A program made the position numbers and the translations under genes. Shown one piece after another: positions 11,815 through 19,842 of a DNA stretch of 64,000 nucleotides. The stretch lies in contig JBHLJY010000012.1 of the NCBI GenBank assembly GCA_048887225.1, positions 1 to 64,000 on the forward strand, read 5' to 3'. The notes under the pieces were generated by a model. The model worked only from the letters and a program-made list of their open reading frames with translations, was not told the DNA's origin and ran no database searches. How positions within the stretch are numbered: position 1 is the stretch's first letter; each line of letters starts with the position of its first letter. The stretch comes from Candidatus Hodarchaeota archaeon (lineage in GTDB: Archaea > Asgardarchaeota > Lokiarchaeia > Sigyniarchaeales > SOKP01).

Positions 11815-12006
11815 TTATCTTCTTTCCGTAATCACATCAATCATAGATAGAGGTATATATGTTATATTATTCCTGGGATCCTCCAATATTACAATATCAT
11901 CTTCGGTGATAGATTTAATAACTCCCGCAAATTCTTTATTGATACCTTTAATAAATATGTAAACTCCATTATTTACTAGCTTCTCAATTATTTCTTTTGG
12001 AATCAT
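11815..12006 (-). CDS. Small protein, possible Sm/LSm-like fold
   Basis: 63 aa; helix then beta pattern V.I..K...F.G.I......V.L...N...IP...I..I. Confidence 0.55.
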   Translation of the reverse strand: MIPKEIIEKLVNNGVYIFIKGINKEFAGVIKSITEDDIVILEDPRNNITYIPLSMIDVITERR

Positions 12007-12053
12007 TTTTATCTTAATTTTATTTTAATTTTAAATATGTCTTACTCATAATA

Positions 12054-12464
12054 TTAACTTTTTCCAGAAAATTTTTTAAGCTTATTAGTAACTAATTCTT
12101 TCAGTTCCTCAATAGATTTAACATTATTCATTACATCTTGCGATATAAATAATTCCAATCCAGAATCAGTTATCATATACGCTGACGGGAATTTAGCATC
12201 TTTCATGTTATATTTTTCTTTAAATTCGTCTTTATGCAGAAACTCAAATGAAACATTATTATTTTTCAAGGGAACAACATCCTTATCTTTAACAAAATTT
12301 TTCCACTCTTTTTTCATACCAAAGGTGCCATAGGTCACTGCGCAAAGATTACATTGATATGTACTTGGTTTAAATGCTTTATGAAAGTAATCTTTAATTC
12401 CCGTTATCACTCCCGATGTTGCATTATAAACAAAAATTAACTTATTTTCCTTATCTTTACTCAT
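12054..12464 (-). CDS. Conserved hypothetical protein
   Basis: LIFVYNAxSG...YQCNLCAVTYG...FLHKDEF pattern. Confidence 0.75.
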   Translation of the reverse strand: MSKDKENKLIFVYNATSGVITGIKDYFHKAFKPSTYQCNLCAVTYGTFGMKKEWKNFVKDKDVVPLKNNNVSFEFLHKDEFKEKYNMKDAKFPSAYMITDSGLELFISQDVMNNVKSIEELKELVTNKLKKFSGKS

Positions 12465-12606
12465 AATATCACTAAATTATTATTGGTACAAATTTTCCAA
12501 TCGCTTTTTTGAGTTTACTTTTGGAGAGTAATTTATCAATCATATGCAAAAAAAAGATAAAATAGAAAGTTAATGAGATTTTATATTTGAATGATTATTT
12601 CTCTGC

Positions 12607-13284
12607 TTATTCTTTTAGTCTTTGGATAAGATCTGGCCAAAACACTTTTTTAAATTCCCCTGAGTAATTGACTTTATCAATTTTCAATTTTATTGCGCTT
12701 TTTGAACAGGCATTTACACAAGTACCACAACTTATACATTTAGACGGATCTAAATCTGTTTTTAGCTTTTTTCCTTGGTCATTTACTCGCTCTTTATCAG
12801 ATTTATAAAAAGCTCCAGTAGGACATACTTCGGCACACGACATACATGAAATGCATTTATTCCAATCTACAGTAATATTACCTTCAACATAGACTTTTGC
12901 TTTTCGTTGGATTTTTTCGCAGTTTACTATCTTATAATCTAATTTTGGCACGACCTTCTTCACAACAATATCTAAATTATCTAATTCAACGCCCTTCCCA
13001 TCTTTTTTTAAAGTTATCGCAGAAAATGGACACATATAGGCACAAGTTCCACAGTACGAACATTTAAATGCATTAGGGATATCTGGGATTAAATCTTCAG
13101 TCGTTACCCTTATCTTACCTTCCAGATTTGGATCACAAATAGCTCCTTTAGGACAAACTTTAGTACACGTTCCACAGCCAACGCAATTTTCTAAGTTAAA
13201 TTCTATTGCCTGATCTTTAGTAAAAAAGTTCATAGCAATTTCGTTAATTTTTTCGTTTCTTAATTTTTTAACTCTTGGATACAT
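12607..13284 (-). CDS. Polyferredoxin (paralogue of 5295-6002)
   Basis: Four Fe-S motifs; shares the FWPDLI.RLK C-terminus. Confidence 0.87.
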   Translation of the reverse strand: MYPRVKKLRNEKINEIAMNFFTKDQAIEFNLENCVGCGTCTKVCPKGAICDPNLEGKIRVTTEDLIPDIPNAFKCSYCGTCAYMCPFSAITLKKDGKGVELDNLDIVVKKVVPKLDYKIVNCEKIQRKAKVYVEGNITVDWNKCISCMSCAEVCPTGAFYKSDKERVNDQGKKLKTDLDPSKCISCGTCVNACSKSAIKLKIDKVNYSGEFKKVFWPDLIQRLKE

Positions 13285-13289
13285 TTTCT

Positions 13290-13715
13290 TTATACCTCCG
13301 TTTTTAGTGGATTAGGTCCTAATTCCTTTAATTCTTCCACGTATTCCTTGACGATTTCAGTTAATTCGGCACCTTCAGAAGCAGATACAAAGGTATATTT
13401 TACCCTTTTTGGATTTATCCCGAATTGTTCTAAATATCGATGAAGAATTGGCATTTTTCGAACTGTTTTATAATTACCTTCTACATAATGACAGTCGCCA
13501 GGATGGCAGTGACTAACTAAAACACCATCAGCCCCGTTCATTAGAGCATCAATTACGAATTGAGGATCAACACGTCCTCCGCACATGACTCTAATGATTC
13601 TCAAATTTGCCGGTCGTTGCATACGAGATGTTCCTGCTTGATCCGCTCCTGCATAACTACACCAATTGCAAAAAATTCCCAATATATATGGATTAAATTC
13701 TGTTTGACTCGCCAT
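13290..13715 (-). CDS. mvhD: MvhD [2Fe-2S] subunit
   Basis: FCNWCSYAGAD, RVMCGGRVDP, CHPGDCHY and SASEG motifs. Confidence 0.93.
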   Translation of the reverse strand: MASQTEFNPYILGIFCNWCSYAGADQAGTSRMQRPANLRIIRVMCGGRVDPQFVIDALMNGADGVLVSHCHPGDCHYVEGNYKTVRKMPILHRYLEQFGINPKRVKYTFVSASEGAELTEIVKEYVEELKELGPNPLKTEV

Positions 13716-13717
13716 TT

Positions 13718-15706
13718 TTATTCACCTCTAGGATTAGATTCTTGTTTGACCGCGGTTTTTATCATAGGTAAGATCTGTGAATCTCCAAATTGATTTTGGA
13801 CGATTGCTTTATTAGGACATGCTGATACGCATGTTCCACATCCTTTACATAATATTTCATTTATCTCAGCAATTCTTTCATATTCATTAAATGTTATCGC
13901 ATTAAAAGCACATAAGCTTAAACAACTTTTACATCCAGAACATAAATGACTAAGAACATAGGAGTAATAGGGTTCAATTTCTACTTCTCCTTGCGCCATT
14001 AATGCTGCTGCACCAGAGGCAGCACCTTTAGCCTGTGCGACTGTATCTGGAATATCTTTAGGTCCCTGAACAGTTCCTGCAACAAAAACACCATCTGTGA
14101 GAGTATCGACTGGGCGTAACTTTGGATGAGCTTCCATAAAGAAACCATCTTCAGATCGTTGTACATTAAATAATCTCGCTACATCTTCGGCATCACATCG
14201 CGGTTCAAGACCAATTGACAGAACTAACAAATCCGCTTTAATTTCCACTTGTCTCTGGAGTAAAGTATCTTCACCACGCACAATAACATTATGTTCATCA
14301 TCCTCGTAAACTTCTGCAAGTCTTCCACGAATAAATTTAATTCCGTAGTTTTTTCCTGCTGATTCATAAAATTCTTCGTATCCTTTTCCAAAAGCTCTTA
14401 CATCCATGTAAAATATATGAATATCTGCTTTTGGATGTTTTTCTTTATATTGGCGTGCTTGTTTTACAGCATACATGCAACATACTCTTGAACAATATTT
14501 ATTGCCTTTTTTTGTAAAATCTCTACTACCAACACATTGAAGAAAGACTATACTATGAGGATCTTTCAAATCTGAAGGTCGTTTGGGCTTACCTTCTGTA
14601 GGTCCAAATGAGCTTAAAAGACGTTCCATCTGAAAACCTGTAATTACATTTGGATATTTACCGAAACCATATTGTTTTAATACTGTTGGATCGTAAGGAT
14701 CCCAGCCAGTGGCTAATATAATAGTCCCAACTTTAACATCTAAATATTCTGGTTTGTCATCATATCTAATAGCTCCAGCAGGACAAACTTCAGCACAAAT
14801 ACCGCATCTAATACAATGATCCATGTCTATTGTATATTCTCCTGGAACTGCCTGGGGGAAAGGAATATAAATAGCTTTGCGATCTTTCATTCCTAAATCA
14901 AATTCATTTCCACATACCACAGGACATTCTTCAGCACATGTACCACAGCCAGTACATGTTTCTTGATCAATGTAATGTGGTTTTTTCATAATAGTAACGT
15001 CAAAATTTCCGACATAACCAGAAATATCAGTTACTTCTGAATAAGTTAAAAGTTCAACATTTTTAGCATTTGCTACTTCAGACATTTTTGGGGTAATAAT
15101 ACAAGCACTACAATCCATTGTAGGGAAAGTTTTATCAAGTTGTGCCATATGCCCCCCAATAGTCGGAGTCTTTTCTACTAAATATACTTTAAATCCTTGA
15201 TTTGAAAGATCTAAAGCGGCATTCATACCAGCAATACCAGCACCTACAATTAAACAAGCGGGTTCGACTTTTACCTTGGTTACCTCTAAAGGTACTAATT
15301 TACTGACTTTCGCCACGGCCATTCTAATATGGTCCTTAGCTACCTCAGTCGCACCTTCAGTATCATATAAATTGACCCATGTACAGTGTTCTCTGATATT
15401 TGCCATTTCAAATAAAAACTGGTTTAAACCGGCTTCTTCACATGTTCGTCTGAAAGTAGGTTCATGCATCCTTGGTGAACACGATGCAACAATAACTCGA
15501 TTAACTAACTCATTTTTTATATCATCCTTGATCATATTTTGACCTATATCGCTACACATAAATTTATACTCGCGTGCGATCACGACATTTGGCAAAGTTT
15601 TGGAATACTCTATTAAATCAGGAACTGAAACGATCCCACCAATATTAATCCCACAATGACAAATATATACACCTATTTTTACATCAACTTCACCCAACTT
15701 CCTCAC
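13718..15706 (-). CDS. hdrA: Heterodisulfide reductase subunit A (Cys form)
   Basis: GVYICHCG, GAGIAG, LDKTFPTMDCSAC, CSRVCC and EAHPKLRPV motifs. Confidence 0.95.
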   Translation of the reverse strand: MRKLGEVDVKIGVYICHCGINIGGIVSVPDLIEYSKTLPNVVIAREYKFMCSDIGQNMIKDDIKNELVNRVIVASCSPRMHEPTFRRTCEEAGLNQFLFEMANIREHCTWVNLYDTEGATEVAKDHIRMAVAKVSKLVPLEVTKVKVEPACLIVGAGIAGMNAALDLSNQGFKVYLVEKTPTIGGHMAQLDKTFPTMDCSACIITPKMSEVANAKNVELLTYSEVTDISGYVGNFDVTIMKKPHYIDQETCTGCGTCAEECPVVCGNEFDLGMKDRKAIYIPFPQAVPGEYTIDMDHCIRCGICAEVCPAGAIRYDDKPEYLDVKVGTIILATGWDPYDPTVLKQYGFGKYPNVITGFQMERLLSSFGPTEGKPKRPSDLKDPHSIVFLQCVGSRDFTKKGNKYCSRVCCMYAVKQARQYKEKHPKADIHIFYMDVRAFGKGYEEFYESAGKNYGIKFIRGRLAEVYEDDEHNVIVRGEDTLLQRQVEIKADLLVLSIGLEPRCDAEDVARLFNVQRSEDGFFMEAHPKLRPVDTLTDGVFVAGTVQGPKDIPDTVAQAKGAASGAAALMAQGEVEIEPYYSYVLSHLCSGCKSCLSLCAFNAITFNEYERIAEINEILCKGCGTCVSACPNKAIVQNQFGDSQILPMIKTAVKQESNPRGE
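15387..15481. repeat. 95-nt exact repeat, copy 1 (in first hdrA)
   Basis: Identical to 21578-21672 while the flanks are diverged. Confidence 0.85.
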
Positions 15707-16686
15707 CTATTTTCTTTAAAAAAGGTTCCAAGGAAATAAATGGAGGTACTCCACTCAAATCATGCTTTTTTACTAGACCAAGGCTTTCAGGTTCCATACC
15801 TAATGCCAGACCTAATAATTGTGTGTAATAAATTACAGGTATTTTAAAAGGAGCATCAATTTTATCTTTAAAAATGTTATTTATTTCTACTTGTCCTAAA
15901 TCTAGTTGTAAATGACAGAATGGACAAACAGTTATTATTGCATCGGCCCCAGTTGCAACAATGTTCTCTAATTTTTCTCTTGTAAAATCCAAAGAAATTT
16001 CTTTAAACGCTCCCCTTACACCTCCTCCTGCTCCGCAACACATTCTTTTATCTTTGTAATCTAAACTTTTGCAACCAGTAGCCTCTACTAGTTCGTCTAA
16101 AAAGCGTGGATCTTCAACTTCAAGATCCCATGGTCTAATTTCTCCAGGTTTTAAAAGATGACACCCATAATGAACAGCTACATTTAAATCTAATTTTTCT
16201 TTTCGACCGTATTTTGTTCTATTTTTTATTTTTTCAAGTCCTATATCGTGATATAAAACTTCGATAATATGTTTAATATCAATTTTTCCCTTATATTCTC
16301 GACCGATTTTAGCGAGATGTTGATTAACCATTTTCCTTTTTTCTTTATTGTGCTTTAATGTATGATTTACTTCAAGCAAACTTCCATAACACCCATTACA
16401 CATTAATGCAATATCAGTACCATTTTCTTCTGCAATTGTTATATTTCTGGCTCCAATTACTAACCATGTGGTGATATCAAATCCTCGGAAAACTCCTGGG
16501 GCGGGACAACACGAGGCACCCTCCATATCGACCAATTCAATGCCTAATTTCTCAAATACATTTCGAGTAGCCTGCTCTATAAAAGGGTAACGATTAGGAA
16601 TTGTGTCTAATTATCTAAATGATAAATTAGTTTACACATCCTAAAAATAAGCTGTATGTCAGTTTTTTATTCTTTGATTTTCTCAT
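15690..16686 (-). CDS. hdrB: Heterodisulfide reductase subunit B, intron-split (exon 1 16686-16632, exon 2 16600-15690; 321 aa spliced)
   Basis: CCPAPG, HYGCH, CCGAGG and CPFCHLQ motifs. The missing N-terminus MRKSKNKKLTYSLFLGCV lies upstream in another frame, and removing 31 nt gives LGCVIPNRYP, matching the paralogue's LGCIIPNRYP. Confidence 0.9.
16601..16631 (-). other. Putative 31-nt BHB-type intron in hdrB mRNA
   Basis: Minus strand reads TTAGGA T GTGT AA^A CTAATTTATC ATTTA GATAATTAG ACAC AA^T TCCTAA: a 4-bp GUGU/ACAC helix, two 3-nt bulges and flanking stems. Confidence 0.8.
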
Positions 16687-16830
16687 CTTATTCGATCTTA
16701 TTAGTTTGATTAACTTAGAGTTGTAAATTAATGAAATTTTAAAAAATTTGTCTTTATTATTTATGCTCTTATTGGACTCTTACTTTAAATTATAAAACTT
16801 TAAAATAAAATATTATAATATAATTATAAT

Positions 16831-17121
16831 TTATTTTATTAACTCTAATATCTTTCTACCCAGTTTTTTCATAACTGGGACATGTCCTTGAGAGAATAAA
16901 AAATCATTAAGAAATATTACTGGTGGATCAAGTTCCCCATACTTTTCAATGACTTTTTCTGATGTAATTTTTTCTTGTTTTAAATTAACCTTATCCTTTA
17001 TATCTGAAAATTCAGTCACTAATCTTTCAACGATACTAAGAGTTCTACAACATTTAGAACAAGTATTTTCTGGATCTTCAGAGACTAATATTAAAATTTT
17101 AATCTTATCTTTTATAGCCAT
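16831..17121 (-). CDS. Thioredoxin/glutaredoxin-like small redox protein
   Basis: CSKC motif and YG...PP...F.N.....GHVP thioredoxin-fold tail. Confidence 0.75.
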   Translation of the reverse strand: MAIKDKIKILILVSEDPENTCSKCCRTLSIVERLVTEFSDIKDKVNLKQEKITSEKVIEKYGELDPPVIFLNDFLFSQGHVPVMKKLGRKILELIK

Positions 17122-17427
17122 ATTTCTTTAAATTATTTATTGTTCTAAAAAACAAAATTCAAGAATGTCCTTATAACTATATAATATAAATTATTATAAA
17201 ATGTTTATGTAATTTTTGTAAATGATCAAAAAGTTTCATTATTTTATAATTTTGATATAAATTTTAATAAAGAATTTTGTTATATATTAAATTTTTTAGT
17301 TTATCGAAAATATTGATTATTGATCCTTGAAAAAAAAAAGTTAGATTTTAATAATCTGATTAATTTTCTTATCATAGATTTATATCGAAAAACATAATCA
17401 TAAATATTGAGGAGTTGAATATAAAAA

Positions 17428-18093
17428 ATGGTAATTATAACTACTAAAAAACCTTTAAATGAAATTTTGAACGTTATTGAGGGACATGAAAGAATCGCGA
17501 TAATTTCATGTGGATCTTGTGCCGCTTTATGTCAAACAGGAGGAACTGAAAGCGCTAAAGAGATGGAGGAAATTTTGAAAAAAGAAGGTTATAAAGTTAT
17601 TATTACACTGGTATCTGAAGATGTTTGCGATAATAGAGTTATGAAGAAAGATTTAAGACGGATCGATGCAGATATCAGCAATTCAGACGCAATTTTAACA
17701 TTAAGTTGTGGATTAGGTACCCAATCTATAACAGAGGTGATTAAAGATAAATACCCAAATATGCCCATTTTTGTTAGTACGAACACAGAATTTATGGGTA
17801 TGACAGAGAGGATTGGTAGGTTTTATATGAGATGCCTAGGTTGTGGTGATTGTTTATTAAACGAAACAGCAGGCATTTGTCCAATTACAACGTGCGCTAA
17901 ATCACTTATGAATGGTCCATGTGGGGGCCAGGTGAAGGGTAAATGCGAAGTTGGGAACTATGAAAAGGATTGTGGATGGATATTAATTTACAATCGATTA
18001 AAAGAATTAGGAAGATTAGACGCATTCTCTAAATTACGAAAACCTAGAGATTGGAAAGAAACTGGACATCAAAGAGTATTAGTATGGAGGTAG
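17428..18093 (+). CDS. metV: Methylenetetrahydrofolate reductase small subunit MetV
   Basis: CGSCAALCQTGG, CLGCGDC, GICPITTCAKSLMNGPCGG and CGW motifs. Confidence 0.9.
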   Translation: MVIITTKKPLNEILNVIEGHERIAIISCGSCAALCQTGGTESAKEMEEILKKEGYKVIITLVSEDVCDNRVMKKDLRRIDADISNSDAILTLSCGLGTQSITEVIKDKYPNMPIFVSTNTEFMGMTERIGRFYMRCLGCGDCLLNETAGICPITTCAKSLMNGPCGGQVKGKCEVGNYEKDCGWILIYNRLKELGRLDAFSKLRKPRDWKETGHQRVLVWR

Positions 18094-18101
18094 AATAAAA
18101 C

Positions 18102-19031
18102 ATGGAAGTAAAACCTATTTATTCTAAGTTAGGTGATAAATTATTAAATGGTGATTTTATCTTAACTGGCGAATTGGAGCCAGAAAAAACCTGTGATCTG
18201 TCACATACTATCCAAGAAGCCAAAGAGATAGCACCTTATGTTATTGCAGCTAATGTTACAGACAGCCCTTTAGGAATTGTGACTATTAATTCAATGGCAG
18301 CGTCCCATATTATCCAAGAGGAAACTGGTTTAGAATGTGTTTGGCAATTAACTGTACGAGATGTGAACAAATTAGGTATTGCTGGAATGATCATGGGGGC
18401 TCATGCTTTAGGGATTCGCAATATTCTCTCACTTACAGGTGATCACCCAAATATGGGAGATATGCCAGAATCAAAACCAGTATTCGATCTCGATTCTGCA
18501 AATTTAATAAAGCTTGTAAAAGATATGGTGGAAAAACAAGCGATAAACGGCAGTAAAATAGAGAGCCCTCCAAAGATACACGTCGGCGCAGCAGCTAATC
18601 CGAATGCAGATCCTATGGAGGCTGAAATCTTGAAGATTGGTAGAAAAGCTGAAGCAGGAGCAGAATTTTTACAAACTCAAGTTGTATACGATATTGATCG
18701 AACTATTGAATTTTTAAGAGGGATTCAGAAGTATAAAGTACCAGTACTTCTTGGTATCTTTCCAATGAAATCATATGCAATTGCAAAAGGATTTGATATG
18801 TTTGTTCCTGGAGTTGACGTACCAAAAGAGGTTCTGGAGAAATGGAAAAAAGTTAAAACAGATATTGTTAATAAAAAAGAAAAGAAGCAAATATATGATC
18901 AGTTAAATTATGAATTTTTCAAACCATTTATTACAGAACTTAAATCAAAAAGATTATTAGCTGGTGTTCATTGTATGGCCGTTCATTATACAAGAATCTT
19001 TCCAAAATTGATTGAGGTAATCAAAGTTTAA
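18102..19031 (+). CDS. metF: Methylenetetrahydrofolate reductase MetF
   Basis: NVTDSP, RD.N, LTGDHP, PVFDLDS and AGAEFLQTQ motifs. Confidence 0.92.
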   Translation: MEVKPIYSKLGDKLLNGDFILTGELEPEKTCDLSHTIQEAKEIAPYVIAANVTDSPLGIVTINSMAASHIIQEETGLECVWQLTVRDVNKLGIAGMIMGAHALGIRNILSLTGDHPNMGDMPESKPVFDLDSANLIKLVKDMVEKQAINGSKIESPPKIHVGAAANPNADPMEAEILKIGRKAEAGAEFLQTQVVYDIDRTIEFLRGIQKYKVPVLLGIFPMKSYAIAKGFDMFVPGVDVPKEVLEKWKKVKTDIVNKKEKKQIYDQLNYEFFKPFITELKSKRLLAGVHCMAVHYTRIFPKLIEVIKV

Positions 19032-19135
19032 GATCGGAAATACGAATTATATAAAAACAGGGAAATTTCTTCATAAAATGGCGAAATATCAAAAATCTCT
19101 TTTTCTTTTAATTGTATTATCTGAAGCGGGATCTT

Positions 19136-19837
19136 CTAGATTTTATTATTATTTTTAAGTATTTTGAGTCTTTCAATAATATTTGACCAAAATGGGTCTA
19201 AATATTCCCCTGAATATTTAACCTCTGTAATTTCTAATTTTAAGGCTCCAATAGGACAGGCATTATCGCATGCTCCACAGAATACACATTTTTCCTGATC
19301 AACTATAACATTAGGAATCTTCTCCCAACCTTTTCTATCCAAATTGGAGGGTACGGTAATTGCTCCAGAAGGACAAATTTCTGCGCATGTTTGACATCCT
19401 CCTGTACATTCATTATCAGCAATATTTATTTCTCCATCCATATATTGTTTTACAATCCGTCCGCTTTCTAAAGTTTTGACCTTATATTCAAGTTTAGGAA
19501 GTGCTTGTTCTTTAACCAATGTAAGATCTTCTAAGCTAACGACATTTCCATTAATTTTCAAAGTTATTGCGTCAAACGGACACATATAAACACATACCCC
19601 ACACATTACACATACATTGGGATCAAAAATTTCTGGAATTATAGTTTCAATAGTTGGAAATCTTTTAGAGGCGCCTATAGGTCCGCGAGAAATAGCTTCT
19701 TTAGGGCATACTCGAAAGCAAATTCCACATCCAACACATTTATCCTTATCTAAATTAAGCTCCATATTTTCTTTTAAAAATTGAAAAGTTATAGATACGT
19801 ATTGTTCTCTAATTTTTCTAGAAATTTTTGGAAACGT
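19136..19837 (-). CDS. Polyferredoxin (close paralogue of 5295-6002); homology extends 24 codons upstream of the first ATG (19765)
   Basis: Four Fe-S motifs; the upstream in-frame FPKISRKI matches the paralogue's MSFPKISRSI. Confidence 0.85.
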   Translation of the reverse strand, partial: TFPKISRKIREQYVSITFQFLKENMELNLDKDKCVGCGICFRVCPKEAISRGPIGASKRFPTIETIIPEIFDPNVCVMCGVCVYMCPFDAITLKINGNVVSLEDLTLVKEQALPKLEYKVKTLESGRIVKQYMDGEINIADNECTGGCQTCAEICPSGAITVPSNLDRKGWEKIPNVIVDQEKCVFCGACDNACPIGALKLEITEVKYSGEYLDPFWSNIIERLKILKNNNKI

Positions 19838-19842
19838 CTTTC

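Noticed and set aside
15690-16535. hdrB starting at TTG 16535, or a simple frameshift pseudogene
   Set aside because: That start omits the conserved LGC ligand motif. The insert forms a BHB whose canonical cut sites restore the frame exactly, and the rest of the gene is intact
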